From assembly GCA_963788195.1 (NCBI GenBank), contig CAWBGA010000002.1:256001-320000 (forward strand): 64,000 nucleotides of DNA, given 5' to 3'. Positions 51,617 to 62,937 of the stretch are shown here, piece after piece (position 1 is the first letter of the stretch; every line of letters starts with the position of its first letter). This DNA comes from Nitrospirota bacterium (GTDB lineage: Bacteria; Nitrospirota; Nitrospiria; Nitrospirales; NS-4). The notes below the pieces were generated by a model, which saw nothing but the letters and a program-made list of their open reading frames with translations, made no database searches and was not told the origin of the DNA. A program made the position numbers and the translations under genes.

Positions 51617-52345
51617 ATGGATCGTGGGGTTTACTCGATAGTGTCAGGAGCAGTGGGGCAAGAACGGCGGATGGACGTCGTAGCCAAGAACCTGGCCAAC
51701 GCCCAAACCGTCGGCTACAAGCGCGAGAAAGTCCTGTTCAAGACTTTCCTCGCGAAAGCTGTGGTAGGCAGTCCCCGCATGAAGGTCGGGGGAGATAAGG
51801 TGTTCAGTCGCGTGAACGGGACATTCCTCGACTGGAAGAGCGGCACCCAGCGGCCTACAGGGAATCCTACGGATCTGACCTTGAACGGAGATGGATTCTT
51901 CGTCGTGCAGACCCCTCGCGGTCCGGAATACACCCGCAGCGGAAATTTTATGGTGAGTGACAAACGACAACTGGCGACGCTGGATGGACTGCCGATCCTC
52001 GGACAATCCGGCCCACTATTGATTCCACCGGGGAAGCTCCTGGTTAATGGCCAGGGAGAACTCACGGTGGATGGCGCGACCATCGATACATTAAAAATCG
52101 TGAATATCAAAGACCTCGCATCGAGCACGCGAGTCGGAGAACGGTACATTACGAAGGGCCCGGTCGAACCGGCGCTGTCCACGAGCGTTATACAAGGCAG
52201 TCTGGAAGAATCGAATGTCAATGCGATTGAAGAGTTTGTCTCGCTTATTGACCTCAGCCGGCAGTATGAAGCCGCTCAGAAAGTTGTGCATGCAATGGAT
52301 GATGCGACCAAACAAGCGGTGAATGAGATCGGTCGACCGGCTTAA
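51617..52345 (+). CDS. flgF: Basal-body rod protein FlgF
   Basis: MDRGVY..NLANAQTVGYK, YTRSGNF, LEESNVNAIEE. Confidence 0.93.
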   Translation: MDRGVYSIVSGAVGQERRMDVVAKNLANAQTVGYKREKVLFKTFLAKAVVGSPRMKVGGDKVFSRVNGTFLDWKSGTQRPTGNPTDLTLNGDGFFVVQTPRGPEYTRSGNFMVSDKRQLATLDGLPILGQSGPLLIPPGKLLVNGQGELTVDGATIDTLKIVNIKDLASSTRVGERYITKGPVEPALSTSVIQGSLEESNVNAIEEFVSLIDLSRQYEAAQKVVHAMDDATKQAVNEIGRPA

Positions 52346-52391
52346 TGCTTACCTCAGCAAGTTACGCACAACGAACATCCGGAGGACCAAG

Positions 52392-53180
52392 ATGATCAGG
52401 GCAATGTGGACTGCGGCATCGGGCATGGCCGCGCAGCAACTCAATATGGACGTGCTGGCGCATAATCTCGCGAACTCCAACACGGTCGGCTTCAAACGCA
52501 GCCGCGCCGACTTTCAGGACATGCTCTACCAAACCTTGCGTTCGCCGGGGGCCAACGCCTCTGCCGCCACGACATTGCCCACAGGCATTCAGCTCGGGAC
52601 GGGCGTGCGCGCGGTGGCGGTCCAGAAAATTTTCTCCCCTGGGAGTCTCCAACAGACACAAAACGACTTAGACCTGGCGATCGAGGGCGACGGCTTCTTT
52701 CAAGTGAGCCGTCCCGACGGGACGATCGCCTATACGCGGAGCGGCGCGTTCAAGAAGAACAGCTCGGGGGCGGTCGTCACATCGGACGGGGATCCGGTGC
52801 TGCCGAATATCACCATTCCTGCGAACACAATCAAGCTCACCATCGGAAGCGACGGCACGGTCTCGGTACTTGCCGCGGGCGCCGTAACGTCGAGCCAAGT
52901 CGGCTCGCTTGAAATCGCGCGTTTCGACAATCCAGGCGGGCTCGACGCGCAGGGCAGCAATTTGTTTCTGCCATCAGGTGCGTCGGGCGATCCGACGACC
53001 GGCGCACCCGGAAGCCCTGGCTTCGGCTCCCTAGCCCAAGGCTTTCTTGAGAGTTCGAACGTAAACATCGCGGAAGAAATGGTCAACATGATCATTGGGC
53101 AACGCAGCTACGAGATTAATGCGAAAGCGGTGCAGACCGCCGATGAGATGCTGCAGACCGCGAACGGGTTGAAGAGATGA
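52392..53180 (+). CDS. flgG: Distal rod protein FlgG
   Basis: MIRAMWTAASGM..FQDMLYQ, LESSNVNIAEEMV..QRSYEINAK. Confidence 0.96.
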   Translation: MIRAMWTAASGMAAQQLNMDVLAHNLANSNTVGFKRSRADFQDMLYQTLRSPGANASAATTLPTGIQLGTGVRAVAVQKIFSPGSLQQTQNDLDLAIEGDGFFQVSRPDGTIAYTRSGAFKKNSSGAVVTSDGDPVLPNITIPANTIKLTIGSDGTVSVLAAGAVTSSQVGSLEIARFDNPGGLDAQGSNLFLPSGASGDPTTGAPGSPGFGSLAQGFLESSNVNIAEEMVNMIIGQRSYEINAKAVQTADEMLQTANGLKR

Positions 53181-53875
53181 TGAAGGTGCGTAGCACATCC
53201 CAGCTAGTGGTGTTAGGGATCCTGATTGTTGGCGTCTTGTATGGCGCGCCCGGCTTTGCGGCCGACAAGATAGTGATGTCTCAAGAAGAGGTTGTCATCT
53301 CAGCGCTACGCGCGTACGTCGCGCATGGCTTGCAGATAGAGCCGGCGGCTGTGACGATCCGCATCATGTCCTCCCTGGATGGGCTTGCCATCCGTCCACG
53401 CGCCAAGATCAGCCATATCGGCCTGGGAAGTCCTCTCGGTCGAGTGACGTTTGTGATCGGATTGGCCCGCGTGCAGGCCCAGGTGGAGGCGGTCAAGGAT
53501 GTGGCCGTAGCCTCCCGTTTTCTGCGTCGCAATCAGCTTTTGGAGGAGGCAGACGTCGTCATGGCCACCGTACGGATGATCCGCCCGGACACCCGCTACA
53601 TGGGGAACCCGGATCTGGCAGTGGGCCAACGTGTGACGCGGAGTCTTCCCGCTCGCGTTCCCATCACCGAGGAGGCGCTCGGCAAGCCCTTCGCCATCCG
53701 ACAGGGCGCGCGCATTACGATTCAATTTGTGCAGGGACCTCTCAAGGTTCTCGCGCTCGGCATCGCCAAGGAGGATGGAGTGGCAGGGATGAACATCCGG
53801 GTGTCCAATCTGGATTCTAAAAAAGAGTTATCGGCCCGGGTGGTGGACGGCGACACGGTCCAGGTAGGACCATAG
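53177..53875 (+). CDS. flgA: P-ring chaperone FlgA
   Basis: Signal peptide, SAF domain, GIAKEDG..IRVSNLDSKK. Confidence 0.88.
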   Translation: MMKVRSTSQLVVLGILIVGVLYGAPGFAADKIVMSQEEVVISALRAYVAHGLQIEPAAVTIRIMSSLDGLAIRPRAKISHIGLGSPLGRVTFVIGLARVQAQVEAVKDVAVASRFLRRNQLLEEADVVMATVRMIRPDTRYMGNPDLAVGQRVTRSLPARVPITEEALGKPFAIRQGARITIQFVQGPLKVLALGIAKEDGVAGMNIRVSNLDSKKELSARVVDGDTVQVGP

Positions 53876-53877
53876 TC

Positions 53878-54606
53878 ATGGAGGCCTTAGTGACACAACA
53901 TCGGCATCCCGTGCTCGCCACGGCATTGATCCCTATCGCAGCGATGGTCCTGTTCGGCGGATGTTCCTGGGTAAATCCCAGCGTGACAAAGACGCCGCCG
54001 CCCAAGGAGGCTTCAACTGTGCCGACTGTCTCGCAGGGGACGACCGCCTCACTCTGGAATGATAACGGAGAGATGGCCCGACTCTATTCGGATAACCGGG
54101 CTTCACGAGTTGGGGACATTGTCACGATCCGTATTACGGAAAACGCGAGCGGCGCGAAGTCGGCGACGACCAAGACATCCAAAGACAGCTCGCTAGATGG
54201 CTCGATTAAGGGTGCGTTCAAAAGTTTCTTCGGCATCGCCGGTCAAGCGCTCTCGTTTCTGTCTCCCGAGGCTTCCGGGAAGGTGACGATGAAGGATAGT
54301 TATGCGGGAAATGGCGCGACGACCCGCAACGACCAGTTGACGGCGAGCATGACCGCTATGGTCACGGAAGTGTATCCCAACGGCAACCTCAGGATTCTCG
54401 GCCATCGTGAAGTCGTGGTGAATAGTGAACGCCAGACGATGGAAGTGACCGGCATTATCCGTCCCATTGATGTGGATTCAAGGAACGTCGTGCCGTCGAC
54501 CGCCATTGCGGATGCGAAGATATCCTATACCGGTTTCGGAGTCGTGGACGACAAACAGCACCCGGGTTGGTTTGCGCGGGTTTTCAATTTTATCTCTCCA
54601 TTCTGA
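53878..54606 (+). CDS. flgH: L-ring lipoprotein FlgH
   Basis: Lipobox FGGC, VGDIVTIRITE, PNGNL, GIIRPID, IADAKISY. Confidence 0.95.
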   Translation: MEALVTQHRHPVLATALIPIAAMVLFGGCSWVNPSVTKTPPPKEASTVPTVSQGTTASLWNDNGEMARLYSDNRASRVGDIVTIRITENASGAKSATTKTSKDSSLDGSIKGAFKSFFGIAGQALSFLSPEASGKVTMKDSYAGNGATTRNDQLTASMTAMVTEVYPNGNLRILGHREVVVNSERQTMEVTGIIRPIDVDSRNVVPSTAIADAKISYTGFGVVDDKQHPGWFARVFNFISPF

Positions 54607-54660
54607 AAACAATTCTGTCCTGGTCTAGAAGCATAAGCCGAAGGTAAAAAGGACCTGACA

Positions 54661-55866
54661 ATGACAAAAACGATGTTCACTAAAAAACCTCTGATCGCGC
54701 CGACCCTCGTACTAACGCGTCGCATCCTTACGGGCGGCGTGTACCGCCGACGACGGAACGGTTCTCTGGCTATCCTGCTGCTGCTGGTGTTTGCGGCAAC
54801 CGCCGCCGATGCCTCCCGCATCAAGGATGTGGCGAGCATTGAGGGGGTACGCGAGAACCAGTTGATCGGGTACGGGCTGGTCAGCGGGTTAAGAACTACC
54901 GGCGACAGCGTCGTCGGAGCGCCGTTCACGATCCAAAGCTTGATCAGCATGATGAACCGGATGGGCGTCAATCTCACCCTGGATCCGAAACAGATCACAG
55001 CGAAAAATGTGGCCGCCGTTATCGTGACGGCCAGGCTGCCGCCCTTTGCCAAGCCGGGAACCCAAATAGACGTCATTGTCTCTTCCATTGGAGACTCCAA
55101 AAGCTTGCAAGGCGGCACTCTTCTGATGACTCCACTGAAGGCGCCCGACGGGCAGATCTATGCAGTCGCGCAGGGGCCCGTGACACTGGGAGGATTTATC
55201 GGAGGCAAGGCCGGGGACACCACGTCAAAAAATCATAGCACCGTGGGTCGGGTTCCGAACGGGGCGATCGTGGAGCGGGAAGTGACCGTAGATCTCGCCT
55301 CCTGGGAATCGATCTCTGTCGTGTTGCATCAGCCCGACTTTACGACGGCCCTTCGTCTCTCGGAAGCCGTCGACCACGTGTTCGGCAAGGACACTGCGTT
55401 GCCTGTGAGCGCGGGCGTTGTCCGGGTGGCGCTGCCGAAAGACTATCAGGGACGAATTGTGCAGTACCTGGCCGCCGTCGAAGGCCTTGATATCGAAGTG
55501 GATCAGCGGGCGCGCGTCGTGGTCAACGAGCGCACCGGCACGGTGGTCATGGGGGGTCATGTGCGGATCTCCACGGTCGCAGTGGCACACGGGAATATCA
55601 CGATTCAGGTCAAAACGAAGCTGGATGTCTCTCAGCCCGCCGCTCCGTTGATCGGAAATGCTGCCGGCCAAACCGTCGTGACCCCGGAGGTGGAGACCAC
55701 TGTGAAAGAAGATCCGGCGCGATTCATGCTGCTTGAGCAGTCTGTGACGCTGAGCGATGTCGTTCGCGGTCTGAACTCCGTCGGCATCACGCCTCGAGAC
55801 ATTGTGGCCATTCTGCAAGCGCTCAAAGCAGCCGGCGCGCTGCAGGCGGACTTGGAGGTCATATAA
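54661..55866 (+). CDS. flgI: P-ring protein FlgI
   Basis: RIKDVA..GVRENQLIGYGLV, SLQGGTLLMTPL, LKAAGAL. Confidence 0.96.
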   Translation: MTKTMFTKKPLIAPTLVLTRRILTGGVYRRRRNGSLAILLLLVFAATAADASRIKDVASIEGVRENQLIGYGLVSGLRTTGDSVVGAPFTIQSLISMMNRMGVNLTLDPKQITAKNVAAVIVTARLPPFAKPGTQIDVIVSSIGDSKSLQGGTLLMTPLKAPDGQIYAVAQGPVTLGGFIGGKAGDTTSKNHSTVGRVPNGAIVEREVTVDLASWESISVVLHQPDFTTALRLSEAVDHVFGKDTALPVSAGVVRVALPKDYQGRIVQYLAAVEGLDIEVDQRARVVVNERTGTVVMGGHVRISTVAVAHGNITIQVKTKLDVSQPAAPLIGNAAGQTVVTPEVETTVKEDPARFMLLEQSVTLSDVVRGLNSVGITPRDIVAILQALKAAGALQADLEVI

Positions 55867-56258
55867 TGGATATTCTCGGGATTCAATCTCTTATCCCGTC
55901 CGGCCCTTCCATTGCAATCCCGGTTGAGCCCTCCGCGGGCGACCCAAGACTGCGGCCCGAGCCGACCGCGGCAGAGCGGGCCAAGTTTAAGAAAGCAGCG
56001 ACAGAATTCGAGTCGTTCCTCCTGTACTACATGCTCAAAACGATGCGCCAGGCTGTCCCCAAAGGGGGGTTACTTGATACCAAGGTAGCGGACACCTATG
56101 TTGGCTTCCTTGATCAAGAAGTCGCCAATCAAGCGGCAAAACAAGGCGGATTTGGTTTGGCCAAGACTCTCGAACAGCAAATGTTCCCTAAGCGCCCGGA
56201 CACCTTAAGTTTTCAGGCACTCCCTCCGATAAAACCTACTGAACAGGAGGGACGCTAA
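55866..56258 (+). CDS. flgJ: FlgJ, rod-binding domain only
   Basis: AATEFESFLLYYMLKTMR..DQEVA..GGFGLA; no muramidase domain. Confidence 0.88.
   Translation: MDILGIQSLIPSGPSIAIPVEPSAGDPRLRPEPTAAERAKFKKAATEFESFLLYYMLKTMRQAVPKGGLLDTKVADTYVGFLDQEVANQAAKQGGFGLAKTLEQQMFPKRPDTLSFQALPPIKPTEQEGR
56206..56232 (+). promoter_or_regulatory. Sigma28 promoter for flgM (internal to flgJ)
   Basis: TAAGTTTT-N11-TCCGATAA, 26 bp upstream of flgM. Confidence 0.8.
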
Positions 56259-56567
56259 ATGAATATTTCCGACAAGGGCCATATTAACGACCTGGCGGGG
56301 CTGCTTTCCGGCCTGCAGGATGTGACCAAGATCAGTAAGAAGGTGTCGAAAGTCGAGCCGAAGGCGGATCAACAAGACAAGGTCCGTATCTCAACCCAGG
56401 CCAAAGAGTTTCAACGCGCGTATGAGCTCATCAACAAAACCCCTGATATTCGCGCGGACAAAGTGGCGCCCCTGGAAGAAGCGATCAAGACCGGGACGTA
56501 TAACGTGCGCGGCGAGCAGGTCGCGAACAAGTTGATCGAGCAGACTATCCTCGACACCATTCTCTAA
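56259..56567 (+). CDS. flgM: Anti-sigma28 factor FlgM
   Basis: DKVRIS..PDIRADKV..AIKTGTYNV..VANKLI. Confidence 0.92.
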   Translation: MNISDKGHINDLAGLLSGLQDVTKISKKVSKVEPKADQQDKVRISTQAKEFQRAYELINKTPDIRADKVAPLEEAIKTGTYNVRGEQVANKLIEQTILDTIL

Positions 56568-56585
56568 GGTCTATAAGGAGAGATC

Positions 56586-57101
56586 GTGAGCACATCTTCC
56601 GCGTTTGCGGTGAAGGCATTGGAGGACGCTCTCGATATCGAATCCGAGCTTCAGAGCGAGCTGGCCGCGGTGCTCACCGATGAGCAGCAGCTCCTGACGA
56701 AGATGTCCCTGGAAGAGCTGCCCCGGCTGCAGGTGCAGAAGGAAGCGGTGCTCGAACGCCTTGGAAAGCAGACGCAGAATCTGAAAGCTTGCATAAAAGG
56801 CTTGGCGCAAGCGTTCAAGCTTCCCGAATCCGAAAGCCAAAGCTTGTCGCATATCGCAGGTTTTCTCAATGAGCAGGATCGCATTCGGTTGCGAAAAGCT
56901 CAACAAGAGCTTAACTCGCTGACCGGCAAGGTCCGCGATCAAAATCTGATCAACGATCGGTTGATTCATGGATCCATGTCGTATGTCAGCCAGTATCTGA
57001 CTCTGCTTCGGGGCTTTGTCGCGCAGCCGGCGGGGTATCTCTCGAATGGCATCGTGCCAGAGCATCAGAAAAGCGGCCGAATTCTCGCCCTCAGAGGATA
57101 G
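56586..57101 (+). CDS. flgN: Export chaperone FlgN
   Basis: Helical protein, NLINDRLI; between flgM and flgK. Confidence 0.85.
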   Translation: MSTSSAFAVKALEDALDIESELQSELAAVLTDEQQLLTKMSLEELPRLQVQKEAVLERLGKQTQNLKACIKGLAQAFKLPESESQSLSHIAGFLNEQDRIRLRKAQQELNSLTGKVRDQNLINDRLIHGSMSYVSQYLTLLRGFVAQPAGYLSNGIVPEHQKSGRILALRG

Positions 57102-57135
57102 CCTCCCTTCGGTCAATCTTTAGGAAAGGCTTACC

Positions 57136-59147
57136 ATGGCTGGTATCTTAAGCATCTTTAACACTGGGGCAAACAGCCTGCTGGCGCATCAGCGCGCCCT
57201 TCAGGTGGTAAGTCAAAACCTCGCTAATCTGAATACCCCCGGCTTCTCCCGGCAGGAAGCGGTGTTCGCGCCCACGGAGAGCGTCACCGTCGGGAGGACC
57301 ACAATCGGCACGGGCGTTGAGGTCACTCGGATTCGCCAGGTGGTGAATACCTTTGTAGAGCAGCAAATCAATGTGTCCCAGCAGGACCTCGGGCGCTTGC
57401 AGACCCAGGCGGACAGTTTTGTTCGTTTGGAAGGATTGTTTCCCGACACGGTCACCCAGGGTCTGAACAAGGCTCTAACGGATTTTTTCAATTCTTTCCG
57501 AGACGTCTCTGTTAGCCCCGAAGGATTCACTCAGCGGACCGTTCTGTTGAACAAGGCCACAGCCTTGACGGATCAGTTCAACAAGGCAGCGACCGCTTTG
57601 AGCCAGCTCCGCAGAGATTTGAACACGCAGGTCGCGCAGACCATCACGGACGTGAACAGCAAGGCTTCACAGATAGCCGGCCTGAACAGCAAGATTTCCC
57701 TCGCCGAGGCGAGCGGCCAGACCGCGAACGATCTTCGGGATCAGCGCGGCCAACTGCTGCACGAGTTGGGCAAGCAGATTGAAATTCATACGTTCGAGGA
57801 TGCGAGCGGACAGGTCGCGGTGTTTGTCGGCCGGGGCAGTCTTCTGATAGAGCGCAATACCAGCTATGCGTTGGACGGGGACGTCGTCGGCTTCAAACGG
57901 CGGGTTTCTCAATGTGTATTACAAAGGGACCGACATTTCAGGGTCTATCGGAAATGGAGCGCTCAAGGGATTAATAAGCCAGCGCGACACGAATATTCCC
58001 AATGTCCTTGCTCAGATCGACACGCTGTCAGCGTCCCTGATCAATGAGGTGAACAAGGTTCACATCAATGGCTATGGTCTCGACGGCAGCACCGGCAACG
58101 ATTTCTTCTCGCCGCTTTCCGTCACAGCGGCAGCCAAGAGCGCAAACACCGGCACGGCAACGATCGGTAGCGGCGCAATCACGGCGAACAGCCTGCTGAC
58201 CATGCATAACTACGAGATCCGGTTTTCATCGCCGACCGCCTATTCCATTGTCGACGTCACTACGGGCGGGACAATCAAGGGGAATTACACGGGAACCGCC
58301 ATCACCGCACCGACGGCGAGCGCGCCTGTCCTCGTTACCACCGGCACGAACGACACCTTGAACGTTACCGTGGACGGCGTCGCATCCGGCGTCATCACGC
58401 TAACCGGCGCGGCGGCTCCGGGCAAAGCTTACCCGAGCGGCTCCGACCTGGCCACCGAGCTTCAGACGCAAATTAATGCTGACGCCACGCTTGTGGCCGC
58501 CGGCAAGAACGTCACGGTGTCCTTCGATACCACGACTAACCGGCTTGTCATTGCTTCAACGTCGTCCGCCGCGACCTCCGCCGTCAACGTCACCGCGGGC
58601 AGCGCCCGGGCGACCCTGGGGCTCCTGACCGGCACCAGCACCGCGGCGTCCGGCACCTATGGATCTCCAACAACTTTCAACTTCGACGGCATCAGTGCGC
58701 GAGATCTCAGGGACGAACGCTGCCGACGACGTCTTCGTCGTGAATACGACGACGGATACGGCCAAGAACCTGGTAGTCGCGTTGACCGATCCGAACAAGG
58801 TCGCGGCCTCGGCAACCCAATCGGGGCTTCCGGGAGACAGTACGAACGCCTTTACGATCATCGCGCTGCAGAACCAGGCCCTTGCGACGCTTGGGAACGG
58901 GACAATGACGACGTACTATAGCTCGGTAGCCTCGACGGTCGGCTCCAGCGCGCGAGCCAATAAGGACGCCCTCCGCGCCCAGGAAGCAATCCAGAACCAA
59001 TTGGACAACCTTCGCGGCGAGTCATCGGGCGTCTCAATAGACGAGGAGTTGACCAAGATGCTCGAGTACCAGCGTCTGTATCAGGCCTCGGCGCGATTGG
59101 TGACGGTCGCAGATGAACTCCTGCAGACGCTCCTGGCGATTAAATAG
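57136..59147 (+). CDS. flgK: Hook-associated protein FlgK (~670 aa), 2 frameshifts
   Basis: NLANLNTPGFSRQ, ANDLRDQR, SGVSIDEEL..YQRLYQASAR. Confidence 0.92.
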
Positions 59148-59158
59148 CGGAGAAACCC

Positions 59159-61642
59159 ATGCGCGTATCGGATTCGGCAAATTTCGCCAACACCATTTTC
59201 CACCTGCAACAGGCTCACGGTCGGCTGGCCGACACCCAGCAACAAATCGCGAGCGGCAAGCGGATCCAAAGGGCTTCTGATGATCCCATCGGCTTCGGGA
59301 AAGCGCTCGACTACCGCACGACAGTGGCGACGCTGGAGCAGCGACAGAGCGGCGCCACGCTCGCTATCCAGCCAATTAAACGAAGTGGACAGCGTCCTCC
59401 AGAGCGCCAGCCAAACCGTTCTGGCCCGCGCCGAAGAGCTCGCGGTCGCAATGACGAATTCCACCAACGGCGCGGACGAGCGCAGGGCCGCTGCGGATGA
59501 ACTCAAAGGCCTGATCGAACAGATGCTCACTCTCGCCAACAGCAAATTGGGAGACCGCTCTCTTTTTTCCGGCGCGACGACGAGAGGGCAATTGGTGGGG
59601 ACGGCAATCGCTTCACCGAGCGCGGGGGCGCCAGCGACGATTACGGCGGGTAGTAATGACACGTTGACCCTCAAGGTGGATGGCGTTTCATCCGGCAGCC
59701 TCACGCTTACTGCGGGCAATTACGCAAGCGGGGACGCCTTGGCAGCTGAAGTCCAAGCCAGAGCGAATGCCGATGCCACTCTTACTGCCGCGGGCAAATC
59801 GGTGCAGGTCAGCTTCACAGCAGGTCATCTGGTCATCGCCTCGAACTCCTATGGAAGTTCCTCCACGGTCACCGTCACGGCGGGTCGGCCCGCCGAAGCA
59901 TCGGTCTCGCCGGCGGCACGATCTCCAACGGAGCGGATCCTTTCAGTCTCGCGGTACAGACCGGAGAAGCCGCGCGCAATACCGGGGGGGCCGTGGTGAG
60001 CCCGGGCCTGGTGACCGATGCCAGCAAGCTCACCTTTAACGATTATCTACTCAAGTTCACAAGCGCGACGACCTACAACATCTACAATGCCAACACTCCT
60101 GTTGTGGCCGCCGGAGCGGCGGCGAATACCGGCGGTGGGATCGTGAGCAAGACGGCTGTCAACGATCCCGGCCAGGTGACCTTGGACAGCTATGAGGTGC
60201 GGTTCAAGAACATCTCCACGGTGCAGACGGGAGTCAATGACACGATTCGATTTGATCCGGGGACCGGCGCCGTGACGGCGACGCTTGCCGCCGGAGAGTA
60301 CACGGGCGCCCAGTTGGCTGCGCAAATCAAGTCCGCGCTGGAAACCGTGAGCGGCGGCAAGACGTACACGGTGGCCTTCAACGAAACGCACCGCCAAGTA
60401 CAGCGTGACCAACGACCTTGCGAACGCGACGTCCCTGAGCCTGCTCTTCAGCGACCCGCTTTCCACCGCGACGGCGCTGGGCGGCTTCAATGCATCGGAC
60501 AAGACAGGGATATCCGCGGGGACTGCCGTCACCAGCGATGTGGACACGACCGGCGCGGCGGGGGTGACGAAACAATCCAATGTCTTCAACGTCAGCGCTG
60601 GAACCAACGTTTTGAATATCACCGCGGAGAACAACACTCTGGTCGTCAACGATACGGCCGGCGGCGCGGGCTCTGACACAATTCTCACGCTGGCGGTGGG
60701 GAGCTATACCGGCGCTCAGCTGGCGACCGAAGTGGCGGCAAAGTTGAACGCGAGCCGGGATACCGCGAATACCGTCGCATATACGGTTTCCTACGCGTCC
60801 CGGCGCTTCACGATTAACGATCCCGCTCTTAACGCCAATAGCTTGATTCTGAAGTTCGGCGATGCCCGATCGACCGCGGCACAGATCTTGGGGTCGACGC
60901 CGATCACGGTCACGGATACGGTTGGTGCATCCACCACCACGCTCAATAGCGACGCCGGCAACAGTCTCTATGCGAGCGACGGGAATATCGACTTTGATGG
61001 ACTGCGCGTGGCGATCAAGGACGGCGGCTCGACCATCAGAAATGGCGACGTGTTCACGTGCAAACCAAGCGGCTACGGTGATCTCCTCCAATCTATACGC
61101 GTCGAAGGCGATAGTGGCTTTCGACGGCCTCCAATTGTCGATTGACGGCACCGGCGCCACAGCGCCGAGTCGCGGGGGATATTTTTAGGGTCCTGAGTAA
61201 ACAACAGTACAACGGCGATACAAACGACAGTGCCATTGAAATTGGAAACAACGTCACGACCGCGACCCTGCTCAACGGCGACAGCGTCTTCGTGGGGTCA
61301 AGGGGCGGGACGGATGTGTTTGCTGCCTTGCAGTCGTTGACCAGGGCCCTTAGCTCCAACAACGTGGACGGAATTCAGACGGCCCATGCCGCCTTGACGA
61401 ACGCCCACAACCAGGTTCTCCAGTCCCAAGGGACCGTCGGAGCCCGAACCAACCGTCTGCAAGGTATCCAGGACGGGTTGGGCCAATCCAAGGCCGACAT
61501 CGAAACATTGCTGTCCGGCATCGAAGATATTGATTTTGCAAAGGCAGCGTCGGATTTGACCATCCAGCAACTGGCCCTTCAGGCCGCTGCGCAATCGGCC
61601 AGTCGCGTGCTGCAGACCTCGCTGCTGGATTTTCTAAGGTAG
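59159..61642 (+). CDS. flgL: Hook-associated protein FlgL, unusually long (~825 aa), about 5 frameshifts
   Basis: MRVS..SGKRIQRASDDP; ANSKLGDRSLFSG; C-terminal VGARTNRL..IEDIDFAKA..TSLLDFLR. Confidence 0.9.
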
Positions 61643-61670
61643 CGCTCTCCCGGCTCGACCCCGTCACTCT

Positions 61671-61697
61671 TAAGTATTTACTTAAAAATACCGCTAT
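61671..61697 (+). promoter_or_regulatory. Sigma28-like promoter for csrA-fliW
   Basis: TAAG-N15-ACCGCTAT. Confidence 0.55.
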
Positions 61698-61730
61698 ATC
61701 ATCAGGACATCTAGCCATGGAGGGCGCCAT

Positions 61731-61983
61731 ATGTTGGTCCTGACACGGAAGTTGGGAGAAGGAATTGCCATCGGGAGCCGGAATCCGCGTGGTAGTTCTT
61801 GGTATTCGCGGTAACCAGGTCCGATTGGGAATCGAGGCGCCGCAGCACACAGAAATCTACCGCGATGAAATCTACACGAAAATCATTTCCGAGAACCGGC
61901 GCGCCGCAGAAGGCATGAGCGGCCATGCCGCACTCCCGCCAAGCTTAAGTCCCGGAATATGGCAACCAAGGAGCAAACTGTGA
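61731..61983 (+). CDS. csrA: Carbon storage regulator CsrA, frameshift near 61775
   Basis: ATG 61731 reads MLVLTRKLGEGIAIG; continues IRVVVLGIRGNQVRLGIEAP..IYRDEIY. Confidence 0.92.
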
Positions 61984-62431
61984 AACTAATGACAACGCGA
62001 TTTGGGGCAATCGAGGTTCCCGATAAGGATGTCGTATTCTTTTCATTCGGAGTCCTGGGATTCCCCGAAGTGCGGCGCTATGTGCTTGTGGACCACGATG
62101 GGAATACTCCGCTTAAGTGGTTGCAAGCCGTCGACAAGCCCGAACTCGCTTTCCCTATCGTCCAGGCAACGGATCTTGTGGAAGATTATCACATCACCGT
62201 TCCGCCCGATGAGCTGGCAGCGCTGGGAATGGAGGCCATCACGCAACTTCAGGCGTATGTGATTCTCACCATTCCGCAAGGGGCGCCGGAACGAACGACG
62301 GCGAATCTGAAAGCGCCGATTCTGATGAATCCGACGACCCATCTTGCCCGGCAAGTCCTGGCCGCGGAGGATTATCCCATCCGCTACATCTCTCGGAAAC
62401 GCAACCGGTCACCACAGAATGCGCCGAATGA
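61980..62431 (+). CDS. fliW: Flagellar assembly factor FliW, frameshift near 62390
   Basis: TTRFG, GVLGFP, WLQAVD, TANLKAPILMN, YPIRY; stop inferred at TGA 62429-62431. Confidence 0.88.
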
Positions 62432-62905
62432 TACCCGATCGGCCGGACGCCATCTTGCGAAGGGACGAGACCATTCTCCGACCGAGGGCGGCATTGCAGC
62501 GGGCCGGCAAAGAGCGGTCGAGGCTCTCGCGCAAGCGGGTCTACATGGGGCGCCGCTTTTCTCAATCGAACTGTGCATTCAGGAAGCTCTCGTCAACGCC
62601 TTCGTCCATGGCATACGCGCAGAGCGGGGAATCCAAGATCCGGCTTGCATATGCGCTCGGGAATGAGTGGGTACGGGTGGATGTGGAGGATAACGGCTGC
62701 GGGTTCGGGGAGACGCACCACCTCGGGGTCAATAACCTGCAGGAGCCAGGCGCGCGGGGTTTATCATTGATTCAGAGCCTTCACGTCACGCATGCATTAT
62801 GAAGGCAACATCATCTCAATGGAGCTGGATCTCGACGCCGATCCGGCCTCAAGTTTAGAGCAGATTGGGACGATGCTAGACGCAGAGGAAGGACTTCTTT
62901 GTTGA
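62428..62905 (+). CDS. RsbW-like anti-sigma factor / serine kinase, about 3 frameshifts
   Basis: IELCIQEALVNAFVHG, VDVEDNGCGF, ARGLSLIQ, YEGNIISM across frames. Confidence 0.72.
62849..62876 (+). promoter_or_regulatory. Weak sigma28-like promoter upstream of the STAS gene
   Basis: TCAAG-N15-GACGATGC. Confidence 0.4.
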
Positions 62906-62937
62906 AGCAGGAAACACCCGTAATGCCGGAGACCTCA

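Noticed and set aside
59159..61642. Calling the long flagellin-like gene fliC
   Set aside because: MRVS start, position after flgK and SLLDFLR end fit FlgL; flagellin signatures were not seen
61959..62666. Apparent FliW-kinase fusion protein of 235 aa
   Set aside because: Better explained by indels joining fliW (stop 62431) to a separate ATGA-coupled rsbW-like gene
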